In this document: positions 1 through 12,947 of the stretch, piece by piece
Layout of the letters: each line of letters starts with the position of its first letter
How positions within the stretch are numbered: the stretch's first letter is position 1
DNA from: Paraspadella gotoi
Lineage: Eukaryota > Animalia > Chaetognatha
Direction: 5' to 3'
Length of the DNA stretch: 64,000 nt
Assembly: GCA_051294375.1 (NCBI GenBank)
Contig: CM119264.1
Span: 20,858,438 to 20,922,437, forward strand
Notes under the pieces: model-generated
What the model was told of the DNA's origin: nothing
The model's database searches: none
Seen by the model: only the letters and a program-made list of their open reading frames with translations
Made by a program: the position numbers and the translations under genes

Positions 1-323
1 CTTGTGTGAACGTTTTTGAAAATCTGAATCCATCTTGATATACTACTACTAAATCGATTTTCAATGTAACTTTTTGAATTAGTTCATTGGGTTGTTGCAC
101 TGAAGCTTTTAAATATTTATTAATATATAATAATTATATAAAGTTTTGACGGAATTGTACCAGTGGAAATGAGTTTAGATGGAAAAAACATAAGTCACAT
201 TTACTTGAATCTTTAATATTAATGATTGCTAATAAATGTTTTAATTAATTAAATAATTAATTAATTAATTAAATGATACAAGTTAAAGAAATCTTAAAAG
301 CATAAAGATCGTCGCAATTGCAT

Positions 324-387
<64 letters not shown>

Positions 388-601
388 GAGGAGACATAAA
401 ATAAAATAGAGGATATTTGTTTGTTTTGATAAAATGTAAACAAAACATATTTAATAACTGTCCTAACCCAATTTTAAGGACATCGATGATGATAAGTTGA
501 ATATAAATTTAAAATTAATTATTACATATTAAAATTAATTAATTAATAGATTAATTCATTAATTATCGTAGGCAGATCCGACATTGTTTGCTCGAACTTG
601 T
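1..601 (+). mobile_element. 3' part of a DINE-1/Helentron-like (HINE) repeat, family H1, cut by the window edge
   Basis: Ends in the family terminus TTATCGTAGGCAGATCCGACATTGTTTGCTCGAACTTGTT, also seen at about 2252-2291, 45175-45212, 53322-53357 and reverse 63170-63213; shares GTGGAAATGAGTTT..GGAAAAAAACATAAGTCAC core repeats. Confidence 0.55.
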
Positions 602-659
602 TTTTCTTTAAATCCCTTCATTCATCGTTCAAATCCTTTTTTTCTTTTTCTTTTTTCTT

Positions 660-785
660 TGCTCTGGCCCTTTTAACTGAGATTCTCTCTTTTTTGTTGG
701 CTCTGGCCCTTTTAACTGAGATCCTCTCTTTTTTGTTGGCTCTGGCCCTTTTAACTGAGATCCTCTCTTTTTTCTTTGCTCTTCT
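660..785. repeat. 39-bp tandem repeat, about 3 copies
   Basis: GCTCTGGCCCTTTTAACTGAGATYCTCTCTTTTTTGTTG repeated. Confidence 0.9.
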
Positions 786-910
786 CTCTTCCTTGAGAAT
801 AATTCCGGAAAAATAGTCCTAATTCGACGAATGCTTCAAGGTTTTTTCTCAAGGTCACGACAAATTAATATCAAGTAGTTTGTAGCATTTAAGACGATTT
901 ATTTTAAATT

Positions 911-2136
911 TTTAGTGGGATCTGCTTATCAGCAGATTCCGACTCCATAATTCGCTTTTACTCGTGATTGGATGGTTGGATTGAAATGAAATTTTGTGCG
1001 GGAGTTGGAAAGTGAGTGATTTAGCTTGATATAAAGTTTCGATGGAATCGTGCAAGTGGAAATTAGTTTAAATGGAAAAAAACATAAGTCACATAAACTT
1101 AAATCTTTTTACATAATTGGATAGATAGATTGAGATTAAATTTTGTGTGTGGGTAGGAAAGTGCGTGATGAAGCTGGATATAAAGTTTATATGGAATCGT
1201 GGAAGTGGAAATGAGTTTAAATGGAAAAAACATAAGTCACTTTTATTTGAATCTTTTTAATAATCTTAATCCATAATTAATCTATTTATTCATAATTGGA
1301 TGGATAGAATGGGATGAAATTTTGTGTGTGGATAAGAAAGTGTGTGATTGAGCAGGATATAAAGTTTCGTTGGACTCGAGGAGTGGAAATGAGTTTGCAT
1401 GGAAAAAACCAAAGTCAAGTCGACTTGAATTTTTATTGTTTATGCTTACTCATGAATGTTTTAATTAATTAATTAATTAATTAAATAATTAATGAGTTAA
1501 GTGAAAAAATGATGCAATTTGAAAAAATGATGCAAGTTAAAAAAATAATGCATATTAAATAAATGGTGCAAATTGAAAGATTGTTGCAAGTTGAAAAAAT
1601 GATGCAAGTTGAAAGAATGATGCAAGTTTAAAAAATGATGCAAGTTCAAAAAATGATGCAAGTTGAAAAAATGATATAAATTGAAAGAATGAAGCAAGTT
1701 GAAAGAATGATGCAAGTTGAAAAAATGATGCAAGTTGAAAAAAGTATGCAAGTTAAAAAAATGATGCAAGTTGAAAAAATGATGCAAGTTGAAAAAATGA
1801 TACAAGTTTAAAAAAAGGTGAAAGTTGAAAAAATGATTCAAGTTGAAAAAAGATGCAAATTTAAAAAATAATGCGAGTGAAAAAAATGATGCGAGTTAAA
1901 AAAATTATGCGAGTTAAAAAAATGATGCAAGTTGAAAAAATGATGCAAGTTGAAAAAATTATGCAAGTTGAAAAAATTATGCAAGTTGAAAAAATGATGC
2001 AAGTTGAAAAAAAAGATGCAAATTGAAAAAATGATGCAAGTAAAAAAAATGATGCAAGTGGAAAAAATAATAATGGTTAAAAAAATTATTTTTACTTTAT
2101 TTGTAATTATTTCTACTATTTTATTTATTTATTTTT

Positions 2137-2235
<99 letters not shown>

Positions 2236-2291
2236 TCTGATTACCGCTTAATTATCGTGGGCAGATCCGACATTGTTTGCTCAAACATGTT
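911..2291 (+). mobile_element. DINE-1/Helentron-like non-autonomous repeat, family H1
   Basis: 5' hairpin GGATCTGCTTATCAGCAGATTCC, subterminal inverted partner GCAGATCCG near the 3' end, internal tandem cores and 18-bp minisatellite, T-rich junctions, no TSD; homologous to 43302-45212. Confidence 0.6.
1497..2075. repeat. 18-bp minisatellite (TGATGCAAGTTGAAAAAA)n
   Basis: About 30 degenerate tandem units; the same unit recurs at 44690-45120. Confidence 0.95.
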
Positions 2292-2661
2292 TTCTAATTA
2301 TTAAGTATTAAAGACTTTTCGGTATAAAAAAAAATTGTTTTAACTCTATAAACTTTCCCATTACTATATTCTAGTTTTTTAATAGAGTCTGTTTGCATTT
2401 CCCACCAGTTCGAACTGTGGGGTTTTCAATTTTCCTGAACACTCGATATATTTTTTACGGGACCCCAGACAAAAAGAAAGAAAAACGAAATTGAAATGAA
2501 ACAAGAATGCTGAAGAAAATACTGGTTTTCTTGAAAGGCCATGATTAGAAGAAACGTTGCAAAACCAGTCACCATGCTACTCGTTGCAATTCACAAACTT
2601 TTTCTCGCTTCTTTTTACCCTCAATCTCCTTATTTCTTTGTCGCGCTTCCTTTTTAATCTC

Positions 2662-2785
<124 letters not shown>

Positions 2786-3351
2786 GGTCTTTTCAGCGTT
2801 TTCTTTATCCTATTCTTTTTACTCCATTTTCTACCCTCCACCCGTTTCGACTTTCCTCCTTTCTTTCTCCCTTTCCTCCACATCTTTCCCCTCTTTTTTT
2901 CATTATCTTTCTTCTTCCACTTCACACGAGGGAAATAATGGCCGTACCATAAAAAGCAGCTGTGCCTCTCCGATTTTTTTCCTCACCTTTTTTCTTTTCC
3001 GGTGCTTTTATTTTCGTTTCCAGGTGCCGTCTACGACTTTGACGGAAGATGTTCTCTTATTGCGGCTTTTTCGTCTTGGATTGTTCCCCTGGAAACGAGC
3101 GACGAGAAAAGAAAAACGTCCGGGTCGAAAGGGAAAAAGAAGACATTGGGATTGGGAGAGAAACGAAAGATATTGGGATCGGGAAAAACAAAAACAAAAA
3201 AACAATATTGGGTAAAAAAGTGACATTAAAAATACTTAAAAAAAAACTAGACGAAAAAACGAGAATTAAAAGACAGAAAAACATTGTGTAAATCCTTTCT
3301 TTCTTTGTGTTTGTGATTTAGAAAAAGTTTGATTTTAGTATTAACCAACAC

Positions 3352-3395
3352 CAATGATGATGAAGACTTGCACCAAAGTCGAAACATGTCCATTG
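3352..3395 (+). ncRNA. Minimal type I hammerhead ribozyme motif with C3A substitution
   Basis: CAATG-(A)TGATGA-A-GACT/AGTC-GAAACATG-TC-CATTG; 5-bp stem I, palindromic ACATGT stem III. Confidence 0.7.
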
Positions 3396-4190
3396 AAAAT
3401 AATAAAATCGTTGTTCAAAACTAAAATCAAACTTTCTCTAGAAAAAAAACATTGTGACATTCTGCATCAAGACCGGACACGCGGACACCGCGGGACCCAG
3501 AGAAAAGCTAATCGAAGATCAAAGAAAAGTGACGACGAGTCCCTTTTAGTCTTGACCACCTAGTCTGCCGATCGAACCCCCCGCCCAAAACACCGTCAGC
3601 CGCGGTCGCCAACGGCCACGCCCTTCGACCCCACCTCCCGGGCGAACCCTCCTCTTCCCTCACCCACTTCCGTGTCGGCAACATAGTCGCGGCTCTGAAT
3701 CACCACTCAAGTCTTAAAACGCAACTGCAGGTGGCTCCCGTTTCAACCTTTTTTTTCAGTTGTTTTTCTTTCTTTCTTCGGGAAGGAAAGTTTTTTCTCG
3801 TTAACCGACGAGAAAACTTGGGCTAAGTTTTCGTTTGGTTTGTTGTGGTCGGGCGTTGTTGTTGTTGTTGTTCTTGTTCTCGCGGTTTTGTCGTTTCGCT
3901 CGTCGTTGGGACGGACGAGAATGTCCGCTCCACCTGAGTTAAAAAGGAATTGTTGCTCAGTGCTTACTTCTTATTCAACCTATGGCAAATAGTAATCAAC
4001 AAATATTACTCTATTGAATGACGAAAATGTCTCTCGTAGACTTCACAATCTTAACTAAATATAAAAATCGGTAGTAAAATCATATGATATCATATGATTT
4101 TACCATACCATACCATACCATACCATACCATTTTACCATACCATACCTAGTGCAAGGTATGGTGGACAAAAATCCACCAACCGTTCATCA

Positions 4191-4263
4191 GCGGCCATTG
4201 GTACTGGGGGCAAGTCATTTGCCTCCAAACCCAAAAGTCCGTGGTTCTAGCCCGGTGGTCGCC
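4191..4263 (+). other. tRNA-derived module in LTR (Gly-like anticodon loop), not a functional tRNA
   Basis: 73 nt; acceptor-like stem GCGGCCA/TGGTCGC; T-arm-like CCGGG-GTTCTAG-CCCGG (perfect in the 3' LTR); loop CTCCCAA in other copies. Confidence 0.6.
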
Positions 4264-4264
4264 T

Positions 4265-4340
4265 AGCAGTTAAAAGGGACGGGGCGCTTAACCCGCCTGA
4301 AACATGGTGTTACAGCCTGATCCGAAGCTCAGGGACTGCT
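4265..4340 (+). ncRNA. Twister ribozyme, P5-type permutation, predicted cleavage U4289/A4290
   Basis: P5 AGCAGTT/GACTGCT; GA+CGG pairing with L4 CCG (T1); TAA-CCC-GCC; P3 TGWAAC/GTTACA; P4 CCTGA/TCAGG closing loop TCCGAAGC (T2 GC/GC). Confidence 0.85.
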
Positions 4341-5159
4341 TATATTGAGCGGTTCTGTCACTAACACATAATAATAATCACTGTCTCTTCATTGGTGAGC
4401 CCGACTTCCGAACACAACAGCAACAACAACACCTTCAGGCGACATGCCTCAATCTGGTGATGCACTTTCCGCCAACAACACATCAGGCAACATGCCTCAA
4501 CTTGGTGACGAACTTTTCACCAACAACAACAATACACTGAAGAGACGCAACAGACTTCTCCCTACGGGAGGGGGATGTATGGGGGACTAAAATCCACCAA
4601 CCGTCATCAGCCGCCATTGTGCCGGAGGCAAGTCATATGCCTCCCAACCAAAGGTCCGGGGTTCTAGCCCGGTGGTCGCCTAGCAGTTAAGAGGGATGGG
4701 GCACTTAACCCGCCTGTAAGAGCTCAGTGACTGCTTATATTGAACGGTTCTGTCACTAACACATAATAATAATCACTGTGTCTTCAAAGGCAAGGAAAAT
4801 AAAATGTATCGATGCGCCGTGGCGATCGATTTTCCTTATCTCGTTCCTAATCTTCCCTCCACTCCGAAAATTCTTAACCCTGTACTTCTTTTTCCATTAT
4901 AAGTTATATTTCTTCTTTTCCAGGAACCCTTCCTCAGCTGATTTTCTAAGTTTCTAAATACTAACCTGTAAACCTATATACTCTTTTTAACTCACCCCCT
5001 CATTCTACCTCGCGTGTCCCATTCCCGGCTCCGCAACTCCACACTCCTCCTCCCAACATTTTTATTGATGATCGTTGCCTTTTTGTTTTCCCTTCGGTTT
5101 TCATTTCCGTTGCTTCACCGACGAAAGTGATGTCAGCCACCTCCGCCGGCTGCGCTGTA

Positions 5160-5236
5160 GGCAGCGGCGGCGGCGCGGCGGCGGCGGCGCGGCGGCGGCG
5201 GCGCGGCGGCGGCGGCGCGGCGGCGGCGCGGCGGCA
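5160..5236. repeat. GC-rich (GGC)n/GGCGC low-complexity repeat in a CpG-island-like patch
   Basis: Pure GGCGGCGGCGC run in otherwise AT-rich DNA. Confidence 0.85.
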
Positions 5237-5683
5237 GACGTCGGTTCCAATGTGGCGCCGTTTATGCGACCAATCGCACCGGAAACGACGTCGACAAGGA
5301 CGACGGCTCCTGCGCGCGCGGCCCATTGACGGCGTACGTCAATGGGTTCCGTGATGGGGCAAGCGATCAGGCCGTCAGGCGGTCAGGCGCCAGGGTGACG
5401 TTATAGTGAGTTGACATAGTTTTGACGCACTACTGTCAGACATTAATTAAACAATAATATTAACGAATTATTCTTTATCGTTTGGCGACATACGAAACCT
5501 TATGCTTATGCAATGAAATATGATATTCGTGTGGCCGACGTACGTCTTTAACAACGCCCACGCGGATGATATCAATCTCGTCGAAATACTGCACACGAAG
5601 AAAATGAATTTAACTAAATTGATAGATAATAGAGAACAGAGAGAGAGAGAGAGAACATTATTTTTCGTACGTACTACGTATAT

Positions 5684-7280
5684 TAGGGCGTTGAAAAATA
5701 ACGAAATATTACAAATCAAGTGAGGTAAATAGCTATTTTAGTGTAATAAAGTCTGTAGAATTCGATGATGATAACCATTTTTTTTGTATAGTCTCATCTT
5801 CTTTGTCGGGAATGGCGATTTTTGTAGCACATAAGGTGCTATTAAAATGGAGCAAACATTGTAGAGTATAAAAAACTCAAATATTAAGATTTTATAAAAG
5901 CCATATTTATAAGGCGTAGTAAAATTTCTAAATTTAACTTTACTTAAAATTCTAAATTTGAGGAACGAACAACATTATATTAATGAACATTTATGTAATC
6001 AAAAAATTATAATAAATTTTACAATTTACGCAGTAGGCCATATTTATACTAGTACTAAACCAATAAATGTTAAAATTTCAAAACAGTTTTTTAAAGATTT
6101 TTTTGCAGATTTGGATTCGTCATAAAAAGTTGATAAAAAGAAATATAACTCTTTTGAAAAATTCCTTCATTAAGTGGGTCAAAAATTAGAAAAAGCTATA
6201 TTTTAAGCTGAAAATTAACTTTTTATATATTAAATATAGTTTTTTTAATTTTTAACCCACTAATGAAATAATTTTTTAAAATGATTTATATTTTCTTTTA
6301 TCAACTTTTGACGAAGAATTCAAATCTGCAATCAAAATTAAGAAAAGCCTACTTTGAAAATTTTTGATTTTATAAGGATAGTACTATATATAAATATAGC
6401 CTACTGCGAAAATTAAAAAACATAAAATTAATTTTTTTTACAAATTAATGTTCACTGATGGTATGTTGTTCATAATTGACTTTTAGAATTTTCGTAGGTA
6501 ACTTTCACTACGCCTTAATATTTAACATACATAATATAAAAAAAAGACCCATATAAATATTTTGATAAGTTTATTTACAAATTTTATATTTTAATAATAG
6601 TTTGTTAGCTATATTTATTAATAAATAATAATAAAAAATAAGCTAAAGTGAAAAAATAAAAAATTTTAAATTTTAAAACCGGATTTAAATTCCTTACAAA
6701 AGTTTATATAAGAAACGTATAATCCATTTTAAAAAAATCTTTCATTAAGTAAATTAAAAATAATAAAAACTATTATTTTTGTTTATTTTTCAATTTTTGG
6801 CTTAAAATTATAGTTTTTCTGAATTTTGACCAACTTAACGACATAATTTTGATATAAAAATTATATTTTCTTATATTAACTTTTTGCAAAGAATGCAAAT
6901 CCATGAAAAAATTTTTAAATTATTATTTTTTAACTTTAACCTAATTTTTACTCATAATTATAAAGAAATATAGTTAACTAACTTTTTATAAAACATAAAA
7001 TTTAGAAATAAACTTACCAAAATATTTTTATATATATATATTTTTATATTTCAAAAGCTCATATAAATTTTATAAAATTTTAATAATTTGATTTATCATA
7101 ACTTATAATGGTTTTGCTATTTTATAACAATTTTATATAAATTAAAAACCGTCATTTCCGACAAGAAAGATAAAATTATACAAAAAAATGGTCATCACCA
7201 TCGAATTCTAGACTACATTACACTAAAATACCTATGTACCTTACTTGATTTGTTATATTTTGTTATTTTTCAACGCTCTA
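5684..7280. mobile_element. hAT-like non-autonomous DNA transposon (family M1) with a nested M2 element
   Basis: Long imperfect TIRs TAGGGCGTTGAAAAATAAC.../...GTTATTTTTCAACGCTCTA, 8-bp TSD ACGTATAT; uninterrupted copy at 48833-49842. Confidence 0.9.
5910..6517. mobile_element. MITE family M2 (TIR TAAGGCGTAGT), nested in M1
   Basis: TIRs TAAGGCGTAGT/ACTACGCCTTA, flanking duplication ATATTTA; empty site visible in the 48833-49842 copy. Confidence 0.9.
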
Positions 7281-10200
7281 ACGTATATAGTCATCGAGGA
7301 AAATTATATATATATAATATATTCAGCATTTTTTCGATCAATTATGTAAAGAGCATTTTCAAAACAGACCACTTTACAGATAATGTTTATTCTGAGTATT
7401 AATATTATTATAAAAAAAAACACAAATGAATTCTTTCGAAATTTCATTGCTCGCTTAGAAATTATTTTAAATTATTTTTCGTTTACAAATGTTAACCAAA
7501 GTTTCACTCTCACTCTCTGTAAAAATGAATGCAACATAATATAATTCGCCTGTTCGATTCCATTCGCTTTTCTGATTTCAATAAATCAATTCATCTCATT
7601 TTGTTCGCAATTTTTATCTCGAGTGGAGATCATGATTTCTAAAATGTTTCAAAAGTAGAAATGTGTCCAAATAAGCACAAAGTAAAAAAAGAGAGCACAA
7701 AATCAACTTAGTTGAAACTAAAAAATCGAAATTTTTAACGTCATTAAACTCAATTTAACAATATTGTACATTCGGTAGATTAATTTTGAGAGAAAGCGAA
7801 GATTTTCAAATTTCCGACGAAGCATGTTCCACTGTTCCACCAAATGGTTTTACTGCGAACGTCTTCGGTAGATGGGAAAATTGTGACGGATTGTGAAGGT
7901 TACGAGTAATTGCGAAAGTGGAGTGATTACGAAGGTTGCGTGAATGATTGTGAAAGCTGTGAGTGATTGCAAGAGGTGAGGAACCGCGTCGAGTAGAGAA
8001 GAACTTGAACGACTTGTGTTGCCCATGAACGCCGCTGAGCCAAACGGTTTTTGCCGTCGTCGTCGTCATCGTCGTCGTCTTCGTCGACGTCATTGTTTCA
8101 AATGAACTTACTTTCTTTTGTTTACAATCTGTGTTAGAAAAACATTGAACCTGACGAATTAACATCCTAGAAACCTTAGAGGACTGCCAATCCAAAAATT
8201 GTTGTATTTGTTTTAATTTCTGTTATAATTATATATGTTCTCCATCGATATTACTATCGTTCATTTTTCTCCAACGCGATCGTCATCGCCGTCGTCATCG
8301 TCGTTGACGGCGTCCTCCTTTCACGCTCGGGTTCATGACGTCACCACTGTCGTTTGTTTCCGACAAAATGAGTCGAACGTTGACGACGACCACAATGACG
8401 ACGACGACGACAAAGACGACGGTCGTGAGAACAAAGAGGAAAATGTTTACTCATAATTTTTCGAGGTGAAGTCGCGTCCACGACGCTGAAACGGCGTCGA
8501 AACAGCGCCGGTTAAAAGCGGCGGCGGAACCGAGTGCTTTGTTTTCAAGTGTAGCAGGGAATCAGCTTTCGCAGATGCGAATATTTCATTTCGTCCTTAA
8601 CTAATTTATTTTTTAAATATTACGTAATACATAATTAGCAAAATTATTGAAGCTGAAGCTCGTTTTATCTTTTAAAAGCGACTATTTTTTTCACGCTTTG
8701 CCTATCATTGTTGGAAATTTAACCGTGGGTCCGATAGCCAGAGTCCACCTCTCTTTATCGCCCTCTGCAAGTCGACTTTCAAATCGATGTTTTCCCGACG
8801 TGAATAATGATTTTTCGATAATTTCTTTCCTGCAGGAAAATCATGTGACTTCAAAGTTACTGATCGTGGGAACACGTGAACGCGAAAAAAAACGAGACGG
8901 GAAATCCATGCGTGGACCACGTGATCGAAGTAGTCGTAGAAAACCGCCAACGCCTCGACGAGCAACAACGACAACTTAAGTTCTCAAAATTGAGTGTTTC
9001 TAAAGGTATTTGATAGACGAGAATCTCGCTTAAAAAAAAATTCAACATTTTTCTAATAGAGAATTCCGTTCAAATCTGACTACCCAAATTCCAAACACGT
9101 TTGCCAGAAATTCGGTTAAAAAACACTTGTAAAAACGCTCGATTCCGAGAGCGTTACATCTGAAGAGCTTGTCCTATTCGTTTTATGGCATTTGATAAAG
9201 GATTTAATATCAAACAAGCCAGGGGAAATGTACTATTCATCTCTGGAGAATTTTCAAACCTCATTTTTACTATAGAAATGAAAGGGAAAGTTTACAAACT
9301 TAAAATTGCAAACGGGATTGCTATATGTTCCTGTTACATGAGCGACTTCGAATTTCGCGATTCTGATAGCTTTGTGTCTGAAGAGCTTGTCCTATTTTTC
9401 TTTTTTCATTTTATAATGATTTTGACATAAAATGATCAGGTTTAAATGAAATAGTCCGGTTTGAATCGCGAAATTTTTTTTTTAAAAGAAATTAAAAGGA
9501 AGGTTGAGAAAAAATCTGATTTTTCCTAATATATTTTAAAGGAATAAAGATAAAGGGATGGCAATAGTACCAAAATGAAGCCATAATCATAGGGCACATA
9601 CAAGATACAATTTTAGAATTACTTATGCTGAAACCTCCTTACAGGGTGAGTGTCAAACTAAGTCAAAATTATAATGAATTTTAAAACTAATGACACCCCA
9701 TAAGAATAAATGAAAATTTAATTCTTTTTAATAATTCTGAAAGAAAAAAGGCTAAATTGTACTCTAGTAAAACTTTAAAGTTTTTTGGATAAAAAAATGT
9801 GAATTTTTTGTCACTTAAATATTTGCTTGTCTGATTTTACAAGCATGCTTACAAAATTCTACAAAATATTATTTACCCCATCACAGCCTAAGTATTTATC
9901 CTTCTTTTCCACCAGCAAAAAGTAAACATTATCTTGTTGAAGAGAACAGGGATGTTTACTGAAAGGAGCCGAAAGTCATTCAACTTCTTCACTTTGATGT
10001 TATTTTTTAATAATAAAATAAGCAAAATTTTTAATTATTTAACTCTCATAGGCTTCATAAGATATTACACTTTCATAATATCCCAATGTTAATGTAATTT
10101 ATTATATTTTTTACCCAGAAATCATAAAATAACAGAAAGTTGTGGATTCCCTTCGCTCGTTTAAGAAAAAAAAATTAACTAGCGGAATAATAAGTTTGTA

Positions 10201-10768
10201 AGAGGAAGTCAGAATCGGCAAAAATCTTAAAAGGCGAGAATGTTGAAAAAAATGGGTGGAATTTTGATGGGTTTCCTAAGATTTCTCCACAATGTGAGGT
10301 CCGATTAAAGCGAAACTTGAGATTTACAATATTCCCGTCATTCCACATCTATCGATATAAAAATATAAGAAAAAAGTCACTGGCTTCTTTTTCTATAGCG
10401 GCTTCCTATATTTGATATTAGTTGATGGAAAATAATTGAAATCATTATCGAAGGAGCATTTATTAAAAAGATTTTCCTTTATTTATTTATTTTTTTTTTT
10501 TTGTAATTACAAAACTAAGCATCGGAAACAAAATCCAGGCGACTGAATCTGCGATGACGTTTTGCACATGACGACGGGCGACCACGTTTGATAAAAAAAG
10601 AATCTCTCTCACTCCGTGCTCGATGTTTTTCTCTAGACTATTTTTTGACTCTTCCAACATCTCCCCCTTTTATCCTCCTCCTAATCTTTTCTTTTATTAT
10701 TTAATTCTCCTCGTCTACAATTTCTCTCTCACTTTACTCTTCTTCTCCTTCCTCTCTCCATCCCCCCT

Positions 10769-12053
10769 TCACAAAAGATCCAACTCATCGAAGAGCTTCT
10801 TGGTGGATTCGACCCTTCGATCCTTTTCGCTCTCCACCCTCGTCCTCCACTCCTCCCTCTTCCTCTGCCTCTCCATCCTCCTCCTCCTCACCTCCTCCGC
10901 CCTCTCTCGATTCTTCCTCGACGCCGCCGCCCGCCGTTCCAGGTTCTCCTCACGTCGGGTTTCGGCGGCGGAAAGTCGAGCGTCGGAGGCGGCGGCTGTC
11001 GCCGCAGCAGACGCGGAGGCGGCGGTTCCCAAGACGACGCCGCGTCGAGTCGGCGGCGCGCCTTTCAGCGGCGGAAGGCGAGAGAGCGGCGAGGATTTGG
11101 CGCTGGGAGATTTACCGGCGTCGCGTGCGTCGGACGTGGTGAGGATGTAACTCTGCCCACCGGAAGTGAAGGAGATATCGTGAGCGACGGTGAGCTTCGT
11201 CTCCGGCGTTGGATCTGTCATCTGTTGGGCTGACGACGACGACGATGATTCGGACGTCGTCTTTGCTGACAGACCAGTCGTCGTCTTTTCTTGCTCTTCC
11301 TTTGTCAGCTCCTTTTGTCGGTTCGTGCTCTTCGTCTTGTCACCGTCGCCGCCGTCGTCATCGTCGTTCTCATCTTCGTTGTAGACTTCGAGGTCTTCGA
11401 ACTCGAGATCTCCATTGATGATTTTCTCGTTGGCAGCAGCGGCGACAGGAGCTGGAGAGGCCGCAGGGGCTGTAGATGGCGCAGCATTTACAGACACAAC
11501 CGCCGATGGCGGAGCAGCCAGCCGATTCTCCATTTGAACGGCCTCGACACATGGCGCCACTCGGATGACGCCCGTAGAAGCGGCGCCACCGCTGACCACG
11601 ATGCGTCCGACGCCGCCGCGTTCTTTTTTGACAGCGTCACGGCGCGATCTGTGGACGGAATCCTGGAAATTGGCGTCCGCGAGTTTTTGGGAAATCTCCT
11701 CGCTGAGAACGCTTTCCTAAAATGGAGGAACATGGGCAAAGACAGAAATATTAACAATAACTAAGTTTACGAATAATTAACAATAATTAACTTACCACAG
11801 GAGTTTGAGCGTCGCTTCTTTTTAAACCGATGGTGGAAGTTAAATTTCCTGTCTGCAGCAAAAACCAAATACAGAAAAGGACAGATAGATATAAAGATTT
11901 GATAAATAAAATAGATCGATAGAAACTGACCCACGAGTCCGCGCTTTCCATCTCGTCACCGATTACTATCCCCGATTCCCTTTTGTTCCTTTTCTTCCCA
12001 TTCACCGCAACGACCTCTGTCCTGGACACTTTCTTTGATCGAGCCGCTCCCAT
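10769..12053 (-). CDS. Stathmin-domain protein (STMND1-like), about 375 aa, 3 exons: 12053-11931, 11852-11796, 11716-10769
   Basis: Phase-0 GT-AG introns join three open frames; MGAARSK start (possible N-myristoylation); SGGQSYIL resembles stathmin SGQAFEL; C-terminal coil LSAAETRREENLERR...RAEEVRRRR matches the stathmin helix motifs. Confidence 0.75.
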
Positions 12054-12947
12054 TTCGTCGCCGGAATAAAAAACGTCTTTACGAACGCATGACTATTGTC
12101 TGAGCTAAATTAATCTACGGTCAACCGAAGGCGAGCGTAAAATTTTTTTTCTTCTTTTTTTTAATCTTTTGTGCGAAATCGTTTTAATACTATACGAGGA
12201 GCTAGTTCGGCTAGACAGTAAACGCGATGTTTGAAAGAAAAACTTCTCTTTAATAAGGTTGCTGTTTTGGGGTCTTTCTATTTATTATTTTATAAGGAAT
12301 TGAGAACATGTAAAACATTTATCAGAAAGAATAAAGCATTAGAAACATTCTTGAAATATTTATTTGAAACCTGTCGCTATAAAAAATTGACCATACGAAA
12401 AAAGGTACATAAAGAAAAGACACATACATTTTTTCTATATAAATTTTATGATAATTGATTTTGCTTTGAGTTCGTAATGCGCGAAACAGGATAAGGAGCA
12501 AATTCGAGCATTTTAATCAGAAATAAAAGGAAATTCGTCACTAGAAATTCATGGCTATATTAATATGGGTATCAAAATAAAGTCCGTTATACTTATAAAT
12601 TTATTCAGGAATATTGAATCTTAAAACTAAGGTAGTTATATTTCTGAACCTCATAACTTTGAATGGTCCCCAAGAAGATATTTGTTATGCTACAGAATCG
12701 GAAAACATATTATGAAATTGGTACAACCAATATAAAAATTATCCATTATATTATACAGTTTTTTAAGAGCTTTCAGGTTATATCAATATTATTGCTATTT
12801 TTTTTTAAATCGTCTTGAAAGAGAGGTGTAGTCGGGCATTGCCTAGGTTCTCCGCGCCTAGAAGTTGTGACCCGTTGGCTCATTGAGTAAAGCCATCAGC
12901 TCATGACCTCTAGGTACCGGATTCAATCCCAACCCGGTACCTACCCT

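Larger units (their letters stand above)
4158..4786 (+). mobile_element. TRIM-like non-coding LTR element, family A, copy 1 (tRNA-like module plus twister in the LTR)
   Basis: Direct repeats 4158-4391 and 4578-4786 (TA...CA), 4-bp TSD AAGG (4154-4157, 4787-4790), PBS TGGTGAGCCC at 4393, PPT GGGAGGGGGA before the 3' LTR. Confidence 0.9.

Noticed and set aside
1497-2240. ORFs with periodic FFNLHH / KKMMQV repeats, and a possible CRISPR-like array
   Set aside because: Head-to-tail 18-bp minisatellite with no unique spacers, inside a eukaryotic repeat; no cas genes
4191-4263. Functional tRNA genes
   Set aside because: D and anticodon arms pair poorly and the T loop is non-canonical; embedded in LTRs
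5000-5354. Ala/Gly/Arg-rich ORFs on both strands
   Set aside because: Produced by a (GGC)n-type repeat; no splice or domain support
9135-9397. Repeated TCTGAAGAGCTTGTCCTATT resembling a hammerhead core
   Set aside because: No stem II followed by GAAA; just a short direct repeat
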